From the human T2T-CHM13v2.0 reference genome, Homo sapiens: a stretch of 64,000 bases of DNA. Made by a program: the position numbers and the translations under genes. The notes beneath the pieces are model-generated. The model ran no database searches and was not told the DNA's origin. It saw only the letters and a program-made list of their open reading frames with translations. The DNA lies in the NCBI RefSeq assembly GCF_009914755.1, contig NC_060930.1, one strand, 5' to 3'. This document shows, in pieces, positions 40,955-54,980 of the stretch; the stretch's first letter is position 1, and each line of letters opens with the position of its first letter.

Positions 40955-43900
40955 GAGGTGAAATTCACATGACATAGAGCTGGCCATTTTAAGTGAATAA
41001 TTTAGTGACATTTAGTATATTCACAATGTTGCTTAACCATCACTTTTATCAAATTTCAAAATATTCTCATCACCCCAAGTGAAACCTATGAAGTAATTAC
41101 TACCCATTTTCACTCTCCCCTCCTCCTACTGGCTGACAACCACCAATCTGCTTTCCGTGTCTATGGATTTTACCTATTCTGGTTATTACACATAAGTGAA
41201 ATTATGCAATATGTGGTGATTGTGACTGGCTTCTTTCACCTTGCATAATGTTTTCAAGGTTCATCCAAGTCGTAGCATGTATAAATATTCAATTCATTCT
41301 TTTTTATGGATAAGTAAAATCGTATTGTATACCAAATTTATTTATCCATTCATATATTGATGAACATTTGAGTTGTTTTCACCTTTTAGCTATTATGAAC
41401 AGTGCTGCTATGAACATGCATATATGTATATTTATTTGAGTACCTGTTTCCATTTCTCTTTGGCATATATTGAATGGATTTGGATTTGTTTGGTTGCATG
41501 ATATTCTGTATTTAACTTTTTGAGGAATTGCCAAACTATTTTCCATAGTGCCTGATCCATTTTACTTTCCCATAAGCAATGTATAAGAGTTTCAATTCCT
41601 CCACATCTTTGCCAACATGTTGTTTTCTAATTGTCATCCTAGGGAGTGTGAAGTGATAGCTCATTCTGAGTTTGATTTGCATTTCCCTAATGACTACTGA
41701 TATTGACTATCTTTTCATGTGCTTCTTGGCCATTTGCATATCTTCTTTGGAGACATGTTTATTAAAGTCCTTTGCTCATTTTTTGGAGATTGGGTGTTTG
41801 CCTTTTTTGTTGTTGACGTGTAGGAGTTTTTTTTTTTTCTTCTTAGTATTAATCCCTTATCAGATATATAGTTTGAAAATATTTCTTCTGTTCTATAGGT
41901 TTTCTTTTCACTTGCTTGATAATATCCTTTGATGCAAAACAGTTTTTAACTTTTAGGAAGTCCAACTTAGATCTATTTTTTATTTGGTTGCACATGTTTT
42001 GATGTCATATCTAATGATTCACTGCTAAATTTAAGGTCATAAAGATACACCACTATGTCTTCTTCTAAGAATTTTCTGGTTTTAGCTTTTATAGAAATAG
42101 ATCATTGATCTATTTTGAGCCATTTTGTATGTGGTGTAACATAGAGGTCCAGATTTATTTTTTTGCATATGAATATCCAGTTATCCTAGCACTATTCTTT
42201 TGCATGTGGATGTCCTAGACTATTCTTTCTCCAGTAAATAGTCTTGGCATTCTTACTGAAAATTAATTGACCATAGATGTATGGGTTATTTTTGAACTTT
42301 CAATTCTATTCTATTAGTCTAGATGTCTATCCTCCTGAGAGTGCTACACTCTTTTGATTACTGTAGATTTCTAGTAGGTTTTGAAATCGAGAAGTATTGG
42401 TCCTCCAACTTTGTCTTTGTTTTCAGTACTGTTTTAGTCATTCAGGGCTTCAATTTGGAATTGTAATTCCAAATGAATTAAAAATAAGCTTTTCAATGTC
42501 TGCAAAAAGAAGAAAAAAGAAAAAAAAAGGCCATTGGAATTTTGATAGAGATTGCATAGAAGGTCTAGATCTCTTTGGATAATATTGCCTCTTAGCAATA
42601 TTATTTTTCCATCTATGAAAACAAGTTGTCTTTTCATTTATGTAGGTATATAATTCCTTTTAGCAAAATTTTGTGTTTTAGTGAAGCCTTTCACCTACTT
42701 GATTAAATCTATTCATAGATAGTTTATTCTTTTGGATGCTGTTATACATCAAATTGATTTTAAAAACCTTTCAAACTACCATTGCTGGTATGTAGAAATA
42801 AAACTGAATTTTGTATGTTAATCTTGTATCCTGCAATTTTGCTGAGTTTATTTATTAGGTCTAGTTGTTGTTTTTTGCTTGTTTTATTTTGGTTTGGTTT
42901 GTGTGTGTATGTTTGTGTGTGTGTATACTTTGGAATTTTCTATATATAGATTTATGTTATTTTTAAATATTTTTTTCCCAATTTTGATGCCTTTTATTTC
43001 TTTATTTCTCCTTCCTTCCTTCCTTCCTTCCTTCCTTCCTTCCTTCCTTTCTTTCTTTCTTTCTTTTCTTTCTTTTTCTTCTTTGCCTAATTGCTTTGGC
43101 TAAAACTGCCAGCACACTGTTGAACAGCAATAGTAAAAGCGGGCATCCTTGTATTTCGCCTTCATTCCTCTGTTTTTCCCCATGGTTATGATGTTACTTA
43201 GGGTTTTTTCATAAAAGTTCTTTATTACTTGAGGATGTTCTCTTCTCTTTCAAATTTCTCAGTGTTCGTATCAATAAATGGTATCTGATTTTGCCAAGCA
43301 CTTTCTCTATATCGACTGAGATGGTGAGGATTTTTTTTTCTTTTTTGTTTTATTAGTGTGGTGTATTATATTTATTTATTTTTTGTGTTGATCCACCTTT
43401 GAATTCCTGATATAAATCCTACTTGATAATGGCATGCAATTCAATTCCATTAGTCTAGATATCTATCCTCATGAGAGTGCTACACTCTTTTGATTACTAT
43501 AGATTTCTAGTAGGTTTTGAAATCGAGAAGTGTTGGTCCTCCAACTTTGTCTTTGTTTTCAATACTATTCTAGTCATTCAGGGCTCCAATTTGGAAACGT
43601 AATTCCAAATTGCTGCTGACTTCTGTTTGCTAATATTTTGTTGAGGATTTTTACATCAATATTTATCAGGGATATTCATCTGTAGTTTTCCTTTCTTGTA
43701 GTGTCTTTGTCTGGCTTTACTATCAGGATAATGCTGGTAACATAAAATGAGTTAGGAAGAGTTTCCTCTCCTTTTAGTTTTTGGACAAGTCTGAGGACTT
43801 GTGTTAATCTTGTTTAAAATATTTGGTAGGATTCACCAGTAAAGCAGTAGACCTTGGCTTTTCTCTGTTGGGAGGTTTTTGATTACTAATTTAATCTCTA

Positions 43901-44925
43901 TTTATTATACATGTGTTCAGATTTTTTTATTTCTCCTTAAGTCATCAGTTTTGGTAGTTTGTGTGTTTCTTGGAATTTTTCCATTTCATCTAGGTTATCT
44001 AATTATTTGGTTTTTCATGGTATTCTCTTATAATTGTTTTTTATTTCTGTAAAGTTAGTAATAATTTGCAGTTGTCAGTTCTGATTTTATTTATTTGTGT
44101 CTTCATTTTTCCTTAGCCAGTCTAGCTAAGATTTTTCCATTTTGTGTATCTTTACAAGTAATTATTTTTTTGTTCCTTGATTCTCTTTACTGTTTTCTTA
44201 GCTCTATTTTATTTATCTCTGCTCTAATCTTTACTATTTCCTTCTTTCTGCTAACTTTGAGTTTAGCTGCATATTCTTTTTCTGGTTTCTTAAAGTGTAA
44301 TATTAAGATATGATTTGAAATCTTTCTTCTAATTGCCTTTGTGCTGTTTTCTTTGACTCACTGGTTGCTTAAGTGTATTTTATATTGTTTGATTTCAGCA
44401 TATTTGTGAATTTTCTAGTTTTCCCTCGGTGAATTGATTTCTAGCTTCATTCTCTTATGGTTGGAGAAGATATTTTGATATCTTTTAAAACCCGAGATTT
44501 GTTTTTTGGCTTACAATATGGTCTATCCTAGGGAATGCTCCATGTGCACTTGAGAAGAATGTATATTCTGTTGTTGTTGGGTGGAGTGTTCTATACATAT
44601 TTGTTAGATTTAGTTGGTTTAAAGTGCAATTCAAATAATCTATTTCCTTATTGATTTTCTGGCCAGATCTTCTATCCATTGTTGACAGTGAGGTATTGAT
44701 GTCTCCAAATATTATTACAGAACTGTTTGTATCTCCCTTCAAGTTTGTCAATGTTTGCTTCATATATTTTGGGTTCTCTCTTTTTGGTGAATATATGTTT
44801 ATAAATGTTACAGTTTATTGATTAAATGTCTTTTTAAACTGTATATATATATATATTCTTATTTATCATTGTAACAATTTTGGGCTTAAAGTCTATTTTG
44901 TCTATTATTAGTAGAGAAACCCCAA
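40955..44925 (-). mobile_element. L1M (L1MB-like), about 4 kb, from 3' UTR to the ORF2 endonuclease region
   Basis: Minus-strand ORF 44485..44763 encodes EN-like IIFGDINTSLS...YRTLHP...YTFFSSAHGAFPRIDHI. Continuous antisense L1 motifs. Confidence 0.9.
43005..43085. repeat. (CTTC)n(CTTT)n polypyrimidine tract
   Basis: Seen directly in the sequence. Confidence 0.9.
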
Positions 44926-45874
44926 ATTTCTACAAGTAGCTATTTACAAGTACTATTTCTTTTTTCATTTGCTTTCTCTCAATCCATTGTGGTCCTCAAG
45001 GCAGAACACAGGAGCAGGGTCCCCCCACCTCTTCTTCTTCTTTCCTTTCTCCAAAGACAGAGGATAAATACAAGAATAACATTATCAAACACTTTCATTG
45101 TGCTGTGTGACAGATGTTGTTCTAAGCACATTTTTTTCTTAAAAATTCTAGGCGTTAGGTACAATGATTATCTCCACTATTTTATTTAAATTTAGGTATC
45201 TACAGTTGTAAGTGAAATTGGCTCACAGTGTTCATTCTTGGTTATGACACATTCAAAAATTATATTGAAACTTGTTCATGTTTTGAATAGTTTAAATAAC
45301 ATTGGCATTATTATTTCTGCTATGTTTATGTAGAATTCAGCCTCTCTAGAATTAAACTGGATTTTCTATGTGTTTTTGTATTTACTCAGTGACCTCTTTT
45401 GATGCTTCTGACACATTTTCTTCTTAAATTCCTGCTAGTTTCTGCCGGCTCTCTCAGAATGGATCAATAACTCCCAACTTTCTGTGGGCCATTGCCACCA
45501 GTCAGTGTGCTCCCATGTCATTATAAATTCATTCTGAAACTCTAAGGCTCACACTACAAATGCTTTAGAAATTTTCCTTTTACTGTTTCAGAAATTTCTC
45601 CTTTCCTGATAACTATAATTCCTATACTTCTCTTTCTGTTAATAATTCCTCTACTGTAATCTTTAGAGAAATGACTGAAAGCTTTTATATGATAGCTCTA
45701 GAATTCCTCAGACCAACTGCAACTTGCCTATAATTTTTAAATTGTTGCTTCTTCCTCTCACCTACCTTATTTCATCCCTCTCAATTCTCTGACTGAATGC
45801 TGCAATATACTCCATTTATCTCAGCTTCTAACTTGTTGCTACCAGGGATGGATTTCATAATGTAAGCAAAGAAG

Positions 45875-46095
45875 CTTTGGTGTTGATCACAGGAGCCAAA
45901 CTGTGAGGATTCTATTCTCAGCCTCCCTTTCCAGCTCAGTGACTGTGTACAAGTCGCTTATCTACTCTGTGGCTCAGTTTTCTTACCCACAAAGTGGATA
46001 TAATCATTGTACCTAACTCATGTAATTATTAAGAGACAAATGTGCTTAGAACAACATCTATCACATAGCACAGTGTAAGTGTTTGATAATGTTGT
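45875..46095 (+). mobile_element. MIR
   Basis: GTGACTGTGTACAAGTCGCTTA...CTCTGTGGCTCAGTTTTCTTACCCACAAAGTGG. Confidence 0.65.
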
Positions 46096-46136
46096 TCTTG
46101 TATTTACTCTCCATCTTTGGAAGGGGGGAAGAAGGA

Positions 46137-46138
<2 letters not shown>

Positions 46139-46183
<45 letters not shown>
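46139..46183. repeat. (GA)n microsatellite
   Basis: Seen directly in the sequence. Confidence 0.95.
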
Positions 46184-46223
46184 CCCTCCTCCTGTGTTCT
46201 GCCTCGGGGCCCATATTTTCAAC

Positions 46224-46578
46224 TGTATTAGTCCGTTTTCACACTGCTGATTGGGAAATTTACAAAAGAAAGAGTTTTATTTGGACTTATAGTTCCACGT
46301 GGCTGGGGAAGCCTTACAATCATGGCAGAAAGCAAGGAGTAGCAAGTCACGTCTTACATTGATGGCAGCAGGCAAAGAGAATGAGAGCAAAGTGAAATGG
46401 GTTTCCCCTTATCAAACCATCAGATCTCATGTGACTGATTCATTACCACGAGAACAGTATGGGGGAATCCATCTCCATGATTAATTTATCTGCCACTGGG
46501 TCCCTCCCACAACCTGTGGGAATTATGGGAGTTACAATTCATAAGATCTGGGTGGGGACACAGAGCCAAACCTTATCA
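46224..46578 (-). mobile_element. THE1 solo LTR
   Basis: TGTATTAGTCCGTTTTCAC...GGGACACAGAGCCAAACCTTATCA; perfect TSD TCAAC. Confidence 0.92.
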
Positions 46579-49500
46579 TCAACCAACCAGTTGAGCTTGC
46601 TTCTTATCTTATACCTCAAAATACCGCATTTTAAGGAAAAGTGATAGGTTTTACTCACTGAGTCCCTTCAACTGATACCTAGTCAATCTCTGGATATACA
46701 TTTTATAAATATCTTCTTAAAATTAAGCATTAAATCACAACTAAAAATACATAGATCTCACTATCAATTTTCTTAGTACATGTTGTAGTGACAATGTAGA
46801 AATGGTATGGTCAGAAACATTTAATATGTGCACCACTGAATGATTTCCTCTTCCATTTAAACCTTTCATCTGCTAAATTATGTTTTAAAGTGAAATATAA
46901 ACATTTTCAGAAAAAAAGAGCTTCCTAGGTCTGAAAGTGACCAGAAATCTTGATGAAAATGAAAGAAAGGAAAAAAGGGAGTGAAATATAAAACTGTATG
47001 ATATACGTGAATGTGGGTTTGCTTTATCTCTCATATTTATTTTCCCATTTATTCACAACTGTCGCCTGCTGCATGTGGCTGTGCTTGAGATAATTTGACC
47101 TACTCTTACTGCCTACTCTACTGGTCATTACTACTCTTCACTTATCTATTCAAATATTTATTAAATACCCTTCCCTCTTTCATATTTTGATTGGTCCAGC
47201 AGAATTCTGATACAATGAAAAGTGCTCCACACCAGGAAATGCTGATTAACTTTAATTTTGTTCTTATGCTGACTCTAATGGTTCCGTAGCCCTCTAAGAT
47301 ATTCGAATTCCTCAAGAAGCTAAACCTACTATTTGTGGTGAGTTCAGGTACCACAACTTGGTAAACAGTTAAAGAGCAGTATGAATTCCATCTTCAGCTT
47401 GATATTCTGTTGGCAATAGATTGTGTGAGCCTCCAAAGAAGTGGCTCATTTTTACCACTCTTCTGTACTTTTAGGTTGGCAACTACTATTTCAGCCACTA
47501 CAGGGATTAAAATACAAGACAGTCAATGAGTCTTTACTACATGACTAAATAACTCTTATATGAAGCACAACATAAGGATGATAAGTCCAAATGTCTTGGA
47601 CATCCCGGAAGGTGAGGCTACAAACAGGGCTAGTACGGTAGGACCCAGTGCACCATAGTCTTCCAGGAAACGTGAAAAAGGTTTTTTTGTGAAAAAATTT
47701 GGACGAGAGTAGAAGTACCCTACTTTTTTTTTTTTAAAGCACAATTTCAGAATGAATATATGTCTATTTTTTTTTAATTTCCAAGAATTCAGAACAATTT
47801 TGGCATTAGGAATCATTATATATATATAATTTCTCTGTCTTAAAAAGCTTTTAACGTCCTCTTTGTAAGTTTTCCTGCAGAAAAAAATACCAAGTTACTT
47901 CCTGATCATGCATAAGTAGTTGTTCCTTTGCGAACTTGCCTCTTTTTACATGAGGAAAAAACTTTATGTTCCATCAGGCTAGACTAGAGCTAGAAGAAGA
48001 GAGGATATTTCCAACTACATGTGGGTGCAGGCAGGAGGCAGTGTCATCCTTCAGGTGTTTGAAACATTCTATAATTTACCCTGTCTTATCAGGAGAGAGT
48101 ATTTTTCTTGCTTGACTCATTTCCATTCTGGGCAGAAAGTTAGTGTAAAATTTTATTTTGCTTCCAATTCTTACCCTTGGAAAATTCTCACTTCCAGCTC
48201 ACTCTACCTACTGTTTCTTAAAAGAATGAATACCTTTCTTTCCGAATTCACATGTTAAAGTACAGTTAAAGCAGAATACGTATAGGTTTTAAGCAAATTT
48301 TGCACATTTAAAAAATCTTAAGTATTTCTTCCTTCTAATTATAGTCTTTTAAAGCAGCATTTCTTTTCTAATTTAGTAATATATATCTAAATTTTTGCCC
48401 CCCCCAATTTTTCATCCCCCCCAAATTGGTGGTTATTGAAGAAATATTTATTATAATATATGCTACCAGGTAAAAATTCATATTTGAGCAACTGTATGGC
48501 TCTGAAATTCAAAAGACGCTAGATTTTTTTAAGTTGATAATATGAGTCTTAAATGTTACTTTTCAGTGTTCATATGACTAATAATTTTCCTTTATTGTCA
48601 TATTTTGGTGATATTTGTCATAATATGCATGCATTTTGCCTTTTTCCTTTGATTTAGCTGAAACTTTCAAATAGGATTCTATATAGTTAATTCCAGTTTT
48701 GAAAAAAACAGCTACTGATCCAGCAACGTTTTATTGAGCTGGAACAAGAAGCTCTTCTGAACATAAATAATTCAATTAGTTGAAATCAAAGTTATACTAC
48801 ATTCAGTGTTAGGTAAAACTAATATATAACAATAAGGATAGGATCAATATAAACTTGCAAATAGTAGAAGAGATGAGCTTTATATCAACTATTTAATGCA
48901 GCCCTGAAAGGCAAATCCCAGCCCATTATCAGACATGAAGAGAAATAAATGAAGGAAAACTGAATGATTAAATGCTTTCATCTGGAAATTTGATTTCAAT
49001 AATCAGAAACCCTACAATTCTCCTAATTCATCATGGTCTTTGTTTATTACTAATAAATTAATGTGCTGATGGAAAGAATTCATTACCCTTTTTATACACT
49101 TCACTAGTTGCAGGTCATTTATTAATCTGTGTTATCTGGTGAGACTAAAACAGCTGTAATTACATTGTTAAACATTGATTAATAAGCAACTCTCATAACT
49201 ACTAAAAGAAACATGTAAAATGTGTATTCTTTCAAGTATTTAGCTTAAAGTTTTACTCTCCTGTTGGGAATAAGAAATTTCAGAATGCCATTAATATTCT
49301 TTCTGAGCAAACTTGATTTGCTTTTGCAGCTGCTTCCAGTCACACCTATGAAACCCGATTACCAAAAAGAATTCAATTACACTAAAGAAACTCATCTTGT
49401 TCGTGAAACAATATTAATTCTCTAAAGTTAACATCCAAAATTGAAGTGTATTTTTTTGATTTTTACTTATTTTTCTTTAATTTAATGTTAAAAGGCTGCG

Positions 49501-51244
49501 CAATCAAAGCTGTGTTTTTATTTCCTCTATTTTGATTATACAGTCTAATACACATCCATTTGTGGTTTGGAATTTAAATATTTTACCAATTGGCAGTACG
49601 TCAACAGCCGGAAGCATATTAAAAATTTCTGTAGTTACTGTTTATTAGGTTTCCAGTATAATCAGTTTAAGTGTTACCAGAACATTATGACATGTCAGAT
49701 ATTTTGATTATCATTAACAGTAAATAAGCAGACTACCCCTGACACATGAGCAAATTATGCAATTTCCTTTCCATCAATACCATAGAAAATAAAATGGTAA
49801 TGTTAAGAAATGGTTTTCTAGTAGATGTTTTAAGCATAACCCAATCAAATTCATGACTTCTTAATAAAGTGCCTCTTGTGCTGTCAAAAATTCATCTTGA
49901 AATTTGAGGTGCCATATAGTTTCTTGTACGTTTGTCACTGAACAGACTCCTGCCACTAATTTTCTCACATTCATATATGAGTGTCAAGTTCTGTAAAGAG
50001 GTAGCTGTCATTTTTAGGCAGGATGGTGGTATCGCAGGAACTGAGGGTAGATGTTACATGTTCAGTTCCCAGGTTTTTCACTAAATAGCCATGACTGGAG
50101 ACAGTTGCCTAAACTATATTTTTACGAGAACAAAAGGAGGTAATTTTTTCCAAAAGTGGCTAGCATAGTGCTGTTAGCTTAGAGTAGACACAGGTAACAT
50201 GTTATTTTCCTGCCTTCCCTTGCATCAAGATTTGTAATCAGAGTAGTCAATCTTTTTAGATTTTTAGACTGCCAGGATGGTCTTCCTATTCCCCAAATAT
50301 CTCCATTAACAGCTGGCTTCTGACTTTTGAAAGTCTATTGGTTATTGTATTAAGCTTCTATCAGTTATTCCCATTTAAGTTAATTCATTAAAATATTCCC
50401 CAAGATTAGGATTGAAATTATAAAATTCTTTTTTATTAAAAAATTATTTTTTAAAATAAAAAACTAACGAGAAGGGAAGAGGAAGAGTCAGGTCAAAGGG
50501 AGGATTACGTAAGGGGACTGAGTGGCTGGATAAAGAGGACAGGACAAACTGGGATAGATCCAGGTGACAGAAGCAAAGAAAGGACTTCACTTGCTCTTTG
50601 GGAGAACCTGGTGTCATCCAGCTTGCAACTCAAAGCTGCAACTAGGAACCATACGTGTTACGATGCTCTTGGGTACAAATAACAGAAGCCAACAAGCGCA
50701 TTTATTGGGAGGATTTTTGGAACATATGTAATTGCAGAGAAGCTGGAAGGCTAGTTTAGAGGAATGAATTGAGCTGAACACTTCCTAGTAGTAAAAATAC
50801 AGGAAGCACTACAAGTGTTTTTAGCAGGGATAACCTGGCAGGCTACTGCTACTGCTGCTGCTGCTAAGGAAATGAGAAAAGCTTCCTCTGTCTAGAATAA
50901 ATCCTAACTCTAGTTACTTTTGCTTATATCTTCCAAGTTTAGTGTTTTGGCAGGGGCGTATCTCACTCAGTGCTCTTAGGCCCAGACACTTACCTTACTA
51001 GTCAAAGGGCAGGAAGAAGGAAAGTCTATTTTTCTGGCTTCCAGTAGCCTTCAATCACAGGCAGGAGTTCTTTCCCCCATATCCCCACAGAGACAATAAA
51101 CAATGGGGAGTTTCTTCAAAATAAGAAGAGGTTGAATGCTGTAAAAACAAGGAAACCAACAAACTACTATGCCATAGCACCTGCCTTATGTCCAAGACTC
51201 CAAACAGCAAGAGAGTAAGAATGAGACATGATTACTATCGGGGT

Positions 51245-51321
51245 AGAGGATATAGCTCATTGTTCCTTGAAGAGGATATATCTCATTGTTCCTAGAAGAT
51301 ATATCTCATTGTTCCTTGAAG
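51245..51321. repeat. About 26-bp tandem repeat, 3 copies (AGAGGATATATCTCATTGTTCCTTGA)
   Basis: Units at 51245, 51271 and 51297 (third copy has a 3-nt deletion). Confidence 0.9.
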
Positions 51322-51359
51322 TCTCCCAGCAAGGGCCTGGGAGACTTGCTGAAAGAGAG

Positions 51360-51832
51360 ATGTCTTTCTGTTCTTTTTCTACTTTGCTCTGTGCTAGGAG
51401 AGGCTAACTTCTACGGGCATATCAACTGGTCTGCCTTAACTTCTGGTTGGCCTCAGAATATGGGAAACAAAGCCTAAAAATTAGAGATCAGAAAGACAAT
51501 GGGTTTGAGTTACTTATTCTCCTAGCTCAGTTAGTGCCTGGCTTTAGGTTGGCTGTTATTATTGTCTCTTGAAGGCCACAGATCGTGCCCTGCTCCTTTT
51601 CTACAGTGACATGTTTACCTGAGTTCTCTAAATAATTCCTCTCCTTATATACTCAGGGTTGGGGCTGAACCGTCTTTCCACTATCACGAGCCATTGGATG
51701 TTTTACCATTCTTTTATGTTTTCCTTTAACTATGTTGAAGCCTTTGTTCAACAGTCCCTTCTGTAAACTCTCTTCAATCGCATACTCCTTTTGAGTTTGT
51801 ATTTGGTTTCATGTACCAAGCTGACTGATACA
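51360..51832. mobile_element. LTR33-like ERVL LTR
   Basis: TCTACTTTGCTCTGTGCTAGGAGAGGCTAAC...GAGATCAGA...CTGACTGATACA. Confidence 0.5.
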
Positions 51833-53016
51833 GGTGGGGTGCAGAACACGTCATTAGCTGTAAATGGACTTACTGCTGTTCCACAAATGATTTTTTTAAA
51901 ATATTGAGTTAGATAATAAGTTTATATAAACCTTAGGCATAATACATGCTTTCACTAATATTTCTCTAACTTTTCTGATAGTCTCCTAAATAAGGAGAAA
52001 TCAGAGTCAGGTCCAAAAATTACCACAGCCTTAAGTTGGTTTATTTCAAGTCCTCATCTATCCTCATATTCAAGCAACATTCTAAAACAAAGTCCAAGTC
52101 ATGTTTCTCTTCACCAATCAATTTTCTCATTTGATATGTGCATTCTAAAGATAAAATTTATTTAAAGTCAAGTAAGAATTTATAATTTAGGACACTGATT
52201 TCTGATGTTCTACAAACCTTTACATGTAAAACATTTTCAGAATCATTTTTAGAATGTTACGTGAATTAAACTTTTCAAAAACAAACAAAAAAATCACTAC
52301 AATTTTTTTATATCATTTGTAGCTCTTTTCTCATTTTCCATTCTTCTTACTGTACTTCCTGCAACCTGACCCCTATTGAAACAACATGATCTCCAAAATT
52401 CCAAATTTCTTTGAACCGAACCTTTTCACTGCATGGGATTTTTCATACCTTTATTGGAAATCTCTCGTCCTTTGGCTTTCATGACAGCATAATCTCAGTT
52501 TTCTTACTTGTTTGACAATCCTTACAATCCTTTGCTGAAACTCTCTTTCAAATTCTGTAATACTTTTCAGGGCAAACATTCTTCTTTCCTCCCTCTCCCC
52601 TCCCATTTCTTCTCCTTGTCTCTTCTTAATTCTTTTTCTTTCTCAGTTGTACTCCGCTTCTCTCCTCTTCAGTTGTGCATTCATTAACTATAAAAGCTTT
52701 GACTGAAAATATAAAGATCAACAGGTGCTCACAGGTAATATAAATGAGCAAAGCAGATGGAGGTAAGCATTTGTGTGTCTTTAATGAGCAGGGGAGTAAA
52801 GGAGGTTGCCAATCTCTTATAAAGGGGCAGCCCTCACTTAGCAAGTGGAATATTTGTCATGTGGTGCTTTGGCTCAGGGTTCTTTGAACTTCCAGTATTT
52901 TGAGAAGAGTTGAAATTAGTCTCCAAATGTTTCAGTGTTTGTTCAGAAAACTATTTTAACATGGTACAAGTTAAACAGAACACTCGTATAGACCAAATTT
53001 GGTTTAAAGGTGGCTA

Positions 53017-53151
53017 CTTTTTTGTTTTAAATTTTATTTTAAATTTTTGTGGGTACAAAATAAGTGTGTATATTTATGGGCTACATGAGATGTTTTGACA
53101 CAGATATGCAATGCATAATAATCACATAAGGGTAAATGGGGGCATATATCA
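53017..53151 (-). mobile_element. Very short L1MA-type 3' end
   Basis: TATATTTATGGGCTACATGAGATGTTTTGACACAG; imperfect TSD TAAAGGTGGCTA/TAAAAGTGACTA. Confidence 0.7.
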
Positions 53152-54599
53152 TAAAAGTGACTAATTTTTGAACCTTCATCTAAACTTCAGTTTTATAATT
53201 CTAGACCTGATTTTATATAATTTCTCTGAAAAACTCTACTTACATGTATGACCTACTTGTAAAACTCACACAATATGTCCCCAAACTGTAATCATCACCT
53301 TCATTTCCAACCCTTCCTCTTGATTTTCAACAATATTATCACCATTGAGAAACATTTTCCAAGATAGAAATCTTGAAATCATCCTTGTATTCTTATTTTT
53401 CCTTTCCCAAAGTTTTCAGACCCTAGATGCTGCATTTCTTGAATCAGTTATCTTTTCTTCCTTATCACTGTCCCTATTATGACTCTAATATTTGGGTGGC
53501 CTCCCTAACATCAAAGTATTTCCTTCTGGTAAATTTACTTTTATACGTATTTATATATACATTTATACCTCTGTTAACTCTCCTCTGCCTCGTGGGACTT
53601 TTGAAATCTGCCTTTAAAGCTTGCTGGGAAAGGCATACTTTCTTGGATTATGTAAAAAAGTTTTAGATGCCCCAAAATAACTATGGCTGAGCATACTCTA
53701 GTATCCACTTTACTCATTTGTAAATGGGTCAAAACATCTCTTTCATATTATTACAAACAAAATAATAAAATGTAAAATTATCATTAATTTTCACAATAAA
53801 GTACAATAACATTTATTTATTTATTTATTTGGTTTGCAGTAGATTACTACTTCATATGTTACTGACGGACTTATGATGGTACCAACTCACTCTCTGCTTT
53901 CTGTATTATTTTGGCAAAAAGTTTGAAAATTATTGTCTTAAAGACAAAATTCAAGCTACTTTTTTGTATTCAAAAAGTCTTTACAATTTGTTCCTAATTC
54001 ATCTTTCGCATCTCATCTGAATCTTTCACTTTCACTCTGTCCATATCATTCTTAGCTTTTTGTGGTTTCCCAAACATACCAGACCCTCTCACTTCTTGAT
54101 TTTGCACATGTTCTCCACTTTATCTACGGTAATTCTTCTAGTCTCAGGTCAAAAGTTAGCTTTTTGTGAAGGCTTCCCAGTTCTGAGGTCTTTAACCACT
54201 TTTCACTTACATTGTATTCTAATTACTTGCTAAATTTGTCTCTTTCATTACACTATGAATTTCTGGAGAGCAGAGACCTCCTTTTTAATCCCTATTGTCT
54301 AGCGGAGTGCATGTTAATGATTGAAAAAAAATGAATGATGAAACTAGCTATTGAATATATTAATTTTTAAAAAGTATGTGTGTGAACAAAACCCCAGAAA
54401 ATATCTCTTCTAACTTTCATTTAGTGATAAGATTTGTGTTAAGCAAGATTGTGAACTTTGTCAATAATGATCATGGAAATTAGAAATAATTTAGCCATCT
54501 ACTTGTTGGTTGTAATTAGTAATACTGCACAATAAATTTTATGAATTAAACACGTTGCACATTAGTTTAGGAGAAACATTTTTAACTATATATTTTGGG

Positions 54600-54980
54600 T
54601 TTGCTTTTCCAGATCCTCTGCTCTTCCTTCTCTACCCTGCTGTTTGAGGAAATGTAACAACTTAAACTGCCGCAATAGGGCTTTTGTTTCTGGCCAGTGG
54701 GGAGCGCCGTGGACGAGCAGTGGGCAGAAAGAGAATGAACTTGGTATTTATTCTATTGGCCCTCTCCCGGTAATGGTCCAGTAAGTGTCCCCTCTCTTCT
54801 CCCTTAGGTCAGGGGGCAGCAGCTCTACAGTTACTACCAAGCCAGAGTTGCTGCACTGTACTTTGTGGTTCCCTTACACCCCCATCTCTGTAAATAGCCT
54901 CATATTTGAGTAATTTGCTGAATGATCCAGATTTGAGTGTATCCTATTTGATCCATGAAATGTTGGGAACTTGACTCATA
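54600..54980. mobile_element. LTR33-like ERVL LTR
   Basis: CTTCTCTACCCTGCTG...TGGCCAGTGGGGAGC...GGTATTTATTC...TTTGAGTGTATCC. Confidence 0.5.

Noticed and set aside
51245-51321. CRISPR-like reading of the short repeats (also 17001-17050)
   Set aside because: Head-to-tail tandem copies with no unique spacers, in a mammalian genome.
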